A DNA stretch of 64,000 nucleotides from Micavibrio sp. (GTDB taxonomy: Bacteria; Pseudomonadota; Alphaproteobacteria; Micavibrionales; Micavibrionaceae). Under the pieces are notes generated by a model. That model saw only the letters and a program-made list of their open reading frames with translations. It made no database searches and was not told the DNA's origin. Shown here piece by piece: positions 28,041-36,090 of this stretch (position 1 is the stretch's first letter; every line of letters begins with the position of its first letter). Location: the NCBI GenBank assembly GCA_040381535.1, contig JBEIHF010000009.1:6389-70388 (forward strand). The letters run 5' to 3'. Made by a program: the position numbers and the translations under genes.

Positions 28041-29372
28041 TTAACGGTAGGCGTTCAGGGTGCCGTCTTCGCCAAGTATATACAGCGTGTTGCCCGCGAT
28101 TAACGGGGCTATACGCATGTCCTCGCCATTGTCCCATTCGCGCACCAGACCGCCTTTTTCGGGGTCGATTTCTGCGATACGGCCATCGGAACTGAAGGCC
28201 ATCAAACGGCCGCCGCCCATGATCGGGCCCGTCCAGAGGATGGGTCCGGTTTTTTCTTCCTTGTTCTTGTAACGGGCGAGTTGCGAAACCCAAAGAACGG
28301 TGCCGGCTTCCTTGTCGATACCGATGATCTGGCCTTCGGTCGAAATCACGAAAATACGGTTGCCCGCAACCCACGGCGTTTTCGCGCTGCTGATTTCTTT
28401 TTGCCAGACGCGGGCGCCGGTGTTCAGATCAATAGCGGCAAATTTACCACCGAAGGAAATTGCATATACAACATTGCCGTCGATGACGGGAAGGCCGCGT
28501 ATGTCGGAAAGATTGCCAAGGCCGCCGAGTTTAAGCGTGTTAGCAAGATTGTCGGTCCATGCGACGGAGCCGTTGACGGCGCGTAATGCATAAATTTCAC
28601 CAGAAGAGAAAGCGGGGACGACCATATCGGCTGTAGCGGCTGGGCTAGCCGCGCCGATCAAACCCGTGCCTTGCGAAAGGCCCGCATATTCCCAGAGCAC
28701 CGCGCCGTTGGAAACATCCATCGCGAGAACGGAGTTGGCCAGAGTGGTTACGAACACGCGTGTGCCGATTACGGTTGGTGCTGCGCGCGAAGGGCTTGGA
28801 ATTTTTACGCGCCATTTGATTTCGCCTTTGGATGCGTCGACGGAAACGAGTTCGTCATAACCGGCCGTGGCATAAATAAAACCATCGGCTACGGCGATAC
28901 CGCCGCTGATGACTTCGTCTTCTTCATCGGGGTCGGAAACGCTTACAGACCAACGTTTGGAACCGTCATCCGTGTTGAACGCTGTGAGCACCGCATCGGT
29001 GTCGAGCGTGAAAATACTTTTGCCCGCGACAACGGGTTGCGCGGTGAGCGGAAGATTCTTGGTGGATCCTGCGCCGATATCGGCGGACCATGCCTTTGCT
29101 ATTTGTTTGCCCAGTGCAAGATTTTGCATCGCGTGCGAAGGATATCCGCCTGCCTGCGGCCATGTGTCGTTTTGCCATGCTTCTTCCGATTTGAAAGAGG
29201 CAATGGATGTTTGATCATCCGCAGGGCGCAGATCCTTGTCGAAATCGAGCACGGAGATGCGCGTGCCTTCGAGCGGTGGACGTTCTTTGTCGTCACCTAA
29301 CCATTGGCCATCGCCACAAGCGGCAAGAGCGGCACTCAACAACAAAGCAGAGATTAAGAGCGGGCGATTCAT
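28041..29372 (-). CDS. bamB: Outer-membrane assembly lipoprotein BamB (PQQ-like beta-propeller)
   Basis: Lipobox LSAALAAC, repeated propeller blades (A-x-D-x-x-T/G-G-x-x-x-W pattern), and the conserved position upstream of der. Confidence 0.85.
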   Translation of the reverse strand: MNRPLLISALLLSAALAACGDGQWLGDDKERPPLEGTRISVLDFDKDLRPADDQTSIASFKSEEAWQNDTWPQAGGYPSHAMQNLALGKQIAKAWSADIGAGSTKNLPLTAQPVVAGKSIFTLDTDAVLTAFNTDDGSKRWSVSVSDPDEEDEVISGGIAVADGFIYATAGYDELVSVDASKGEIKWRVKIPSPSRAAPTVIGTRVFVTTLANSVLAMDVSNGAVLWEYAGLSQGTGLIGAASPAATADMVVPAFSSGEIYALRAVNGSVAWTDNLANTLKLGGLGNLSDIRGLPVIDGNVVYAISFGGKFAAIDLNTGARVWQKEISSAKTPWVAGNRIFVISTEGQIIGIDKEAGTVLWVSQLARYKNKEEKTGPILWTGPIMGGGRLMAFSSDGRIAEIDPEKGGLVREWDNGEDMRIAPLIAGNTLYILGEDGTLNAYR

Positions 29373-29384
29373 GATGATGTCTTA

Positions 29385-30092
29385 TTATTCTTTCGCAGAT
29401 GTTGCGGGAGCTGGTTTTTCAGAAGCGGCGGGAGCCGTCTTGGACAATTCATACTCATAGACATGGGTGAGGGCTGAGGCTTTTTCCTTGAGGGAGTCGG
29501 ACTGGCCTTCGCCGTCGAACCCTTCGAGAAGATCCAACGCCTTACTGTAGTCTTTTAACGCGTTCCCGTATAGTAGGGCGGCATCGAGTTTTGCTTGGTT
29601 TTGGAAGGAGGAAGCGCCGTCTTCGGCAACGGCTTCAAGGCGCTCTGCCAGTTTTTCGGGATCGGGGACTTTCTTGCCGCCCGATAGAAGGACGGAGCGG
29701 ACATACAAGATGGTGGCGAGGTCGGAAAGTTCTGTGGGCGCCGCGGAATCTTCGGAAACCGTATTGTAAAGCTCTGCCGCTTTGGTGAATTTGGAATCCT
29801 TGGCGTATTGCGCGGCAGCATTCATTAGGGCGATGGCCTTGTGATTGCCATCCGTATCTCCCGCTACTTTTTCAAAGGCGTTAGCGATGTCTTTTTCTTC
29901 GGCGGCCAAAACCAGCTTGTTGGTTTCTTTTTGATTGGTATGGGATCTCCACGCCTGCCAACCCGTATTGGCCGTAACGCCCAGCACCAGCGCCACGGCG
30001 CAGGCGATGATTGTCGGGCCGTAATCTTTCCAGATTTTGGCGACTTTTTCCTTTTGCAGGGCTTCGTCAACTTCACGGAAAATATCGGACAT
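29385..30092 (-). CDS. YfgM-like membrane-anchored TPR protein
   Basis: N-terminus MSDIFREVDEALQKEKVAKIWKDYGP, then one TM, then a helical-repeat periplasmic domain. It lies upstream of bamB-der, as yfgM does. Confidence 0.7.
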   Translation of the reverse strand: MSDIFREVDEALQKEKVAKIWKDYGPTIIACAVALVLGVTANTGWQAWRSHTNQKETNKLVLAAEEKDIANAFEKVAGDTDGNHKAIALMNAAAQYAKDSKFTKAAELYNTVSEDSAAPTELSDLATILYVRSVLLSGGKKVPDPEKLAERLEAVAEDGASSFQNQAKLDAALLYGNALKDYSKALDLLEGFDGEGQSDSLKEKASALTHVYEYELSKTAPAASEKPAPATSAKE

Positions 30093-30180
30093 ATCAGAGC
30101 TTTCTCATTAAATTCGAAAGGGCATCATAGGAAAAAGCCCAAGTTTCCGCAAAGCCAAAATCCGTGATACAATATTTTTC

Positions 30181-30543
30181 ATGAGTTTTCAGGTATCCGC
30201 CGGTAAGATCGGCTACACCCGTTACGAATTTGGCCAGATTTTCCAGATATACAGCCAGAATGTTTATTCTGGTCTGTTCCGAGATTTTTCGTTCACGGAA
30301 GCGCGTGGCCAGTATTTCATATCCTTCAAAACCGATGCGGGGCAGGCGCCCCTTATCACCATAGAAAAGCGCCGTCTGGGGCCTGACAGAAACCTGTTTA
30401 TCGCCACTACCTCCGGCCAAAAAGGCCCCGTGGAAATCGCCCGTTCCGAAAAAATCGATGCCTTTGTCGCAAGGTTGAAGAACGAAATCGATGCCCTGCA
30501 GGACCGGGTCACGGGCAGAAAATCGTTAAGGGTTGTCTCTTAA
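30181..30543 (+). CDS. Hypothetical protein (strand ambiguous; see findings)
   Basis: 120-aa ORF with plausible codon usage. TGaTACAAT (extended -10) ends 9 nt before the ATG and there is no SD, so the mRNA may be leaderless. It fully overlaps a codon-aligned antisense ORF at 30094-30420. Confidence 0.35.
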   Translation: MSFQVSAGKIGYTRYEFGQIFQIYSQNVYSGLFRDFSFTEARGQYFISFKTDAGQAPLITIEKRRLGPDRNLFIATTSGQKGPVEIARSEKIDAFVARLKNEIDALQDRVTGRKSLRVVS

Positions 30544-30619
30544 AACCAAATTATCGTTGACATAATAATAGATTTTGCAGCACGATGCCCTTCTCAACGA
30601 AGTGTAATGGTGTGTTCCG

Positions 30620-31030
30620 ATGAATGGTATGACTTCAAATTGGTTGCGATATGCGAGTCCTTTGCGATGGGATACTGTTGCCGTCAATGACAAATATCCG
30701 ATGTTGTTTACGCCGGCCGAAATGGAACAACTACGGGGTCTTAAGGATGCCCTTATCCGCCGCGATTTAATCACTAATATGAATATTTCCCTAGGCAACG
30801 GCATAACCACGATAGGGTTTCTCGATTTCAGACAAAAGGACAATGCCTTCTTTTACGTCCAGAAAATCAAACCCGAAGGTTTGATACCCGAATATCGCGT
30901 AGGATCGGGCAAAATAGGCATGTATCTAGAAACCATCAATTTCAACGTCACCATGGCCTCACTGGAAGAAGCCTGCCGTCCGAAAATGCTTGCCAATAAT
31001 ACAACCCCGCTGATTTTGATCCACCAATAG
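30620..31030 (+). CDS. Hypothetical protein
   Basis: 136-aa ORF with a protein-like composition. The competing antisense ORF (30526-30843) looks non-coding. I recognise no family. Confidence 0.45.
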   Translation: MNGMTSNWLRYASPLRWDTVAVNDKYPMLFTPAEMEQLRGLKDALIRRDLITNMNISLGNGITTIGFLDFRQKDNAFFYVQKIKPEGLIPEYRVGSGKIGMYLETINFNVTMASLEEACRPKMLANNTTPLILIHQ

Positions 31031-31091
31031 AGTTGACTAACGTCCCCCTGCGTCCCATCTTGAACTGATCCAATTTCAAGGGGGAATGCAT

Positions 31092-32303
31092 ATGTCCAAG
31101 ATCAAAGTAGATAATCCGGTTGTTGAAATTGACGGCGATGAAATGACGCGCATCATCTGGGCGATGATCAAGGAAAAGCTTATCCATCCTTATCTTGATA
31201 TCGATCTGAAATATTTTGATCTGGGCATCGAAAACCGCGATTCTACAGAAGACAAGGTAACGGTCGATGCGGCAGAAGCGATCAAGAAATACCGCGTCGG
31301 CGTGAAATGCGCGACGATCACACCCGATGAAGGCCGTGTTAAAGAATTCAATTTGAAAAAAATGTGGAAATCGCCCAACGGCACGATCCGCAATATTCTC
31401 GACGGCACCGTGTTCCGCGAACCTATCGTCTGTAAAAACGTGCCGCGATACGTGCCGGGCTGGACGTCTCCGATGGTTGTCGGGCGTCATGCGTTCGGCG
31501 ATCAATATAAGGCAACCGATTTGAAAATTCCCGGACCCGGAAAATTGACTCTAGTCTATGAGCCTGTGAACGGTGAAAAGCAAACCTTTGAAGTGTTCGA
31601 TTTTAAAGGGCCCGGCGTCGCCATGGGCATGTATAACGTGGATGAATCCATCATTGGTTTCGCGCGTGCCTGCTTTAACTACGGCCTCGCCCGCAACTAC
31701 CCCGTCTATCTTTCGACCAAGAACACGATTTTGAAAGCCTATGACGGCAAGTTCATGGATATCTTCCAGAAAATCTACGACGAGGAATTCAAGGCCGAAT
31801 TCGAGAAGAAGAAACTTTGGTACGAACACCGCCTTATCGACGATATGGTTGCCTTCGCCGTGAAATCTTCTGGCGGCTTCGTGTGGGCCTGCAAAAATTA
31901 TGACGGAGATGTGCAATCCGACGTTGTGGCGCAAGGTTACGGCTCGCTCGGCCTGATGACCTCCGTGCTGCTCACGCCCGATGGGCAGATTGTGGAGGCA
32001 GAGGCCGCGCATGGCACGGTCACGCGCCATTACCGCGAACACCAGAAAGGGAAGGAAACATCCACCAACCCGATCGCTTCCATTTTCGCATGGACTCAAG
32101 GGCTTAAATACCGCGGCAAGTTTGACGGCAACACTGCGCTCATAAAATTCGCTGAAAGCCTCGAAAAGGCTTGCGTGGACACGGTTGAATCTGGCTCTAT
32201 GACAAAAGACTTGGCCACGCTGATCGGCAAGGACCAACCATTCTTGACAACCGGTGTTTTTATGGACAAGGTCGCCCAAAATCTAGCACAGAAACTGGCT
32301 TAG
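31092..32303 (+). CDS. icd: Isocitrate dehydrogenase (NADP-dependent, homodimeric type)
   Basis: [23 protein letters not shown]...GTVFREPI...NYDGDVQSD...AHGTVTRHY is a strong match to the eukaryote-like NADP-IDH family. AGGGGGA lies 9 nt upstream of ATG 31092. Confidence 0.95.
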   Translation: MSKIKVDNPVVEIDGDEMTRIIWAMIKEKLIHPYLDIDLKYFDLGIENRDSTEDKVTVDAAEAIKKYRVGVKCATITPDEGRVKEFNLKKMWKSPNGTIRNILDGTVFREPIVCKNVPRYVPGWTSPMVVGRHAFGDQYKATDLKIPGPGKLTLVYEPVNGEKQTFEVFDFKGPGVAMGMYNVDESIIGFARACFNYGLARNYPVYLSTKNTILKAYDGKFMDIFQKIYDEEFKAEFEKKKLWYEHRLIDDMVAFAVKSSGGFVWACKNYDGDVQSDVVAQGYGSLGLMTSVLLTPDGQIVEAEAAHGTVTRHYREHQKGKETSTNPIASIFAWTQGLKYRGKFDGNTALIKFAESLEKACVDTVESGSMTKDLATLIGKDQPFLTTGVFMDKVAQNLAQKLA

Positions 32304-32306
32304 AAT

Positions 32307-33455
32307 ATGATGAAAACCGTTCGGTTCCTTCCGCTTCTTGCAACCGCCCTGATCGCGTTCGCGCCTATCGCACATGCGGCGCCCGCTACGTTCGACAAGG
32401 ACTATGTCGGCAAGATGGAAGTCTATCGTGCGAATTACGAAGACACGCTGGTCCACCTCGCGCGCAAACACGGCCTCGGCTTTGTGGAAATGCGCGCGGC
32501 AAACCCGACGCTGGACCCTTGGATCCCCGGTGAAGGCGCACGCGTTGTTCTGCCCACGCAATCATTGTTGCCCGATGCGCCGCGTTCCGGCGTTGTCATC
32601 AACCTGCCTGAAATGAAATTGTACCTGTTCCAAAAATCCGGCGGTGCGCCTTTGGTCTATTCGATCAGCCCGGGCCGCGAGGGTTTGAACACACCGATAG
32701 GTTCCACCACCGTTATCAGCAAGAAGGAAGGCCCATCATGGACGCCGACTCCCCGCATGCTGAAGGAAGACCCGACATTGAAGCCGTTCTATCCGCCGGG
32801 ACCCGATAACCCTATGGGCACACACGCCATGTATCTGGGTTGGGACCAATACCGTATCCACGGCACGAACAAACCCTATGCTATCGGACGCCGCGCATCT
32901 TCGGGCTGTATCCGGATGTATCCAGAAGCGATCAAGGATATTTTCCCGCGCGTGCCCGTCGGCACGAAAGTGACGGTCGTCGACCAACCCGTGAAAGTGG
33001 GCTGGATCGAAAACAAAATGTATGTGGAAGTGTCGCCGACGCAGGAACAATCCATTCGCATCGAACAGACGGGCGAATTGATGTCCTATGAAATCACCGC
33101 CGCCGACATGAAACGCATCACATCCAAAGCAGGCCCTCTTGCCGACAATATCGATTGGGAAGCGGTACGCAAAGCCGTGCGTGAACATCGCGGCTATCCT
33201 GTCGCCGTTCTGGACCGCAAAGGCGGCAAAGGCCAGCATGTGAAGGATGAAACCGAAGAGCAGCTTAAGCAGGTCGGCGCCGAAGACAAGGTTTACACCG
33301 AAAAGAAAAAGGTTCATCTCAAGGAACAAAACGCCAAGCGCGTTGCCAAAAAAAGCGAAGTCTATGGCATGGGCTCAACAAAAACAGCGATAAACGAGGT
33401 AACGTTACAAACCGTTACGACTCCCGATCGTCCGAAAAAGAATTTCAATCAATAA
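32307..33455 (+). CDS. L,D-transpeptidase (YkuD domain) with Lys-rich C-terminal extension
   Basis: Signal peptide, then the YkuD catalytic motif IHGTNKPYAIGRRASSGCIRM. Confidence 0.85.
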   Translation: MMKTVRFLPLLATALIAFAPIAHAAPATFDKDYVGKMEVYRANYEDTLVHLARKHGLGFVEMRAANPTLDPWIPGEGARVVLPTQSLLPDAPRSGVVINLPEMKLYLFQKSGGAPLVYSISPGREGLNTPIGSTTVISKKEGPSWTPTPRMLKEDPTLKPFYPPGPDNPMGTHAMYLGWDQYRIHGTNKPYAIGRRASSGCIRMYPEAIKDIFPRVPVGTKVTVVDQPVKVGWIENKMYVEVSPTQEQSIRIEQTGELMSYEITAADMKRITSKAGPLADNIDWEAVRKAVREHRGYPVAVLDRKGGKGQHVKDETEEQLKQVGAEDKVYTEKKKVHLKEQNAKRVAKKSEVYGMGSTKTAINEVTLQTVTTPDRPKKNFNQ

Positions 33456-33457
33456 AG

Positions 33458-33486
33458 AAAAAGGTCGGATGATCCGGCCTTTTTTA
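33458..33486. terminator. Bidirectional Rho-independent terminator
   Basis: GGTCGG, loop ATGAT, CCGGCC, flanked by an A-run upstream and TTTTTT downstream, between convergent genes. Confidence 0.6.
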
Positions 33487-33496
33487 TGTCTCTGGT

Positions 33497-33796
33497 TTAT
33501 TGCTGTATCAGCGTGAAGGCGGCCGCAAAGAGCGGGGGCGCGTAAAGCGGGCTCAGATAAAAAACATAGCGCCAGCTTTCTTTAATGAAAATCGAAATGA
33601 AGGAGATCGCCACGCAGCCAAGCCACACAAGGGTGGTTTTGTGGGTGAGGATGGTGCCATAGGCTTTTTCCGCCAATTCCGCGGGGATGAGGTTCATCGC
33701 TACCATCACGTGAAAGGTTACCGCATATAAAAAACTTCCCGCCAAGGCGATGGCGATAAGACCGATGAGGCGAATAATAAAAGTTTTAGCGTTCAT
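33497..33796 (-). CDS. Small integral membrane protein, hypothetical
   Basis: 99 aa with three clear hydrophobic helices. I recognise no family. Confidence 0.5.
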   Translation of the reverse strand: MNAKTFIIRLIGLIAIALAGSFLYAVTFHVMVAMNLIPAELAEKAYGTILTHKTTLVWLGCVAISFISIFIKESWRYVFYLSPLYAPPLFAAAFTLIQQ

Positions 33797-33823
33797 GTCT
33801 TTGATTATTCCTGTATTTTACCC

Positions 33824-33858
33824 AAAAGAAAAGGCTGTCTGCATATTAGCAGACAGCC
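33824..33858 (-). terminator. Rho-independent terminator (minus strand)
   Basis: Perfect 10-bp stem GGCTGTCTGC (33833-33842) / GCAGACAGCC (33849-33858). On the minus strand it is followed by TTTTCTTTT. Confidence 0.65.
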
Positions 33859-33886
33859 AAATCTTTGCCTCGAATGGCTAAGTTAA

Positions 33887-34084
33887 TTACTTAACTTGGC
33901 GGCTTTCGAAAACAGGTTCAGCGGACTGAACGGATTCTTGTGCCGGAGCATTACCAACCGTGCGCTCTTCAGCGTAAGGGGCTTGCGTCAGCGTTTCGTC
34001 GGTGGAGGATGTGCCAGCCGTGGAGCAAGCAGCAACGCCAACAACGGAAGCCAAGAACAGTGCATTCATAAGAAGTTTCGTCAT
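33887..34084 (-). CDS. Small lipoprotein, hypothetical
   Basis: 65 aa with signal peptide and lipobox (LASVVGVAAC), followed by a Ser/Thr/Glu-rich tail. Confidence 0.55.
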   Translation of the reverse strand: MTKLLMNALFLASVVGVAACSTAGTSSTDETLTQAPYAEERTVGNAPAQESVQSAEPVFESRQVK

Positions 34085-34263
34085 TTTATATTTCCTTCAT
34101 TTTCTAGAAAATTCGAAATCCCACCTTGGAAAGACGCGCTCCCCGCAACTGGTAAATCTAAGCCGTTATACAATATGATTTCCGCCTTGTAAGCCCCCTT
34201 TTTAAAATTTTTTAGGGTTTTCAAGTGCTTTGGGCATTTTTGCCACGTCGGTGGAGCTTAGAA

Positions 34264-35532
34264 CTAGTCCTGCCCGTTTTTCTGAATTTTGGTGAAATAG
34301 GTGTCGATGCCCGAAACTATTGTGCCCACGAGTTTCTTGCGGTATTCGGGGGAAGAGAGCTGGTTGGCCTCTTTCTTATTAGACATAAATCCCATCTCGA
34401 TTAGAACCGACGGTACGTCGGGCGCCTTGAGCACGGCAAAACCCGCATAGCGGTGTGGCTTATCCAAAAGCTTGATGCCTTTGTTGTTCGCCTGTTTGAC
34501 GACCGTGTTGGCGAAGAATTTGGACTGGTTCATCGTGTCGCGCATCGCAAGGTCGATAAGGATGTTGGCGACCTGTTTGTCCTCGTGACTCAAATCCACG
34601 CCCGCGATCAGGTCCGCTTGGTTTTCGCGTGCGGCGAGTTTTTCGGTCTGGGCATCGGACGCGGTGTTGGACAATGTATAGATGGATGCGCCGCTCACAC
34701 CCGGTTTGTCGATGGAATCCGCGTGCAACGATATGAACAGGTCCGCCTCGTTCTTGCGGCCGATTTTCACGCGGTCTTGCAACTTGATAAACGTGTCGCT
34801 GCTGCGGGTGAGGTGGACGCGATAGCGCCCCGTTGCCTCTAATTGTCGTTTCAATTCCTGAGCGGCGGCCAAGGTGACGGTCTTTTCCTTGGCACCGTTC
34901 GGCGAGACTGCGCCGGGGTCACCGCCGCCATGGCCCGCATCTATGACGATGATCGGTTTAGGACCTATCGATGGCGTTGGGGGAGGCGGCGTTGCGGTTG
35001 CCGTTTGGGGAACGGGTTTGGAAGGCGGGGTCAAGACATAGGCGGGGGGGGATTGCGGTGTTTGCCTGCCGCCTTGCGCCGTAAGTTTGCCGAACATGCG
35101 GTCTTTGGCAGGGTCGTACCCCCCATTTGCCCTCACGATGTCAATTACGACACGATCCGAAATATTGGTGCCAGCCGGCAGAAAGAAAGCACTTTTTAAA
35201 TCCACGTCGTCCTTAAGATCGATGACAATCCTTGAAATACCGGGCTGGAGGATGCCGTTACGGATGGCACCTACCAAGTTTCCGTTATTCGTAGACGGCA
35301 TACTCGTCCGCCAGTCAAAGGCCGGAAGGTCTATTACGAGACGCTCTGGGTTATGGAGCAAGAAGGCGCGAAAATCTGCCTTGCGAGACAGCTCTATGAC
35401 GATACGTGTCTTCTCGGGATGCGTTCCGATACGCATCGAATTTACGCTGAGATCGGCGGCATGGCTCGCGTTTTGAAACAAAACGGCGGAAAATAGAAAA
35501 ACAGCGAGGAAGAAGGCAAAAAAACGCGTCAC
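34264..35532 (-). CDS. amiC: N-acetylmuramoyl-L-alanine amidase (AMIN domain + Pro-rich linker + Amidase_3)
   Basis: AMIN-like N-terminal domain (TRIVIELSRKADFRAFLL..PERLVIDLP) and the Amidase_3 core (IVIDAGHGGGDPGA...LHADS...VLIEMGF). Confidence 0.85.
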   Translation of the reverse strand: MTRFFAFFLAVFLFSAVLFQNASHAADLSVNSMRIGTHPEKTRIVIELSRKADFRAFLLHNPERLVIDLPAFDWRTSMPSTNNGNLVGAIRNGILQPGISRIVIDLKDDVDLKSAFFLPAGTNISDRVVIDIVRANGGYDPAKDRMFGKLTAQGGRQTPQSPPAYVLTPPSKPVPQTATATPPPPTPSIGPKPIIVIDAGHGGGDPGAVSPNGAKEKTVTLAAAQELKRQLEATGRYRVHLTRSSDTFIKLQDRVKIGRKNEADLFISLHADSIDKPGVSGASIYTLSNTASDAQTEKLAARENQADLIAGVDLSHEDKQVANILIDLAMRDTMNQSKFFANTVVKQANNKGIKLLDKPHRYAGFAVLKAPDVPSVLIEMGFMSNKKEANQLSSPEYRKKLVGTIVSGIDTYFTKIQKNGQD

Positions 35533-36090
35533 AAGTTGATTCCGTAAACCTTAAGGGCTTTCAGAATACAGCGAAGCGCAGCGTTTGCAATTTATTTGGT
35601 GGCGGATTGTCTGCCTGAGTTTTGGATTTTCTGTATCTTATTTTATCTGGCAAATTATCCGGATGTTTTGACATGTCTTTTGATGCGCGGCGAAATGGAT
35701 GTGTGTAGTTTTTCATGCAGGCTAGGGTCGACCCCCCATCCTTCTCGCATGACTTTTAGTTATGTAATTTAAAAGGTCATTGTATATTAACTTCTATCTG
35801 TGTAATGTCCTTCTTAAGCGACCCGTCGCGGCCAAGCAGTTGTTACTAATTATTTGATTTAAAAGGTTTCGCTGGCTGCCACGGTAATAAAAGATAGGTC
35901 CTCTCGCCTGAGCATGATGCCGGCGATTACGCATGAAGGGGCCGACCGAGATAGTTTTTGGTTGGCTAAGCCGTTACCGTATTAAGGCAGGATCAGGCCT
36001 ATCTTTAATTTAATTTTTTTGGCGCCATGCGCCTTCTTCCTCCATAGGTCGCCCGGGGGATTTCGGGCAGCTGCGCTTGGAGGATATTCC

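Noticed and set aside
30526-30843. 105-aa minus-strand ORF opposite the 30620-31030 orphan gene
   Set aside because: The translation is Arg/Ser/Cys/Ile-rich with no protein-like periodicity. The plus-strand ORF is longer and more plausible, though itself unverified.
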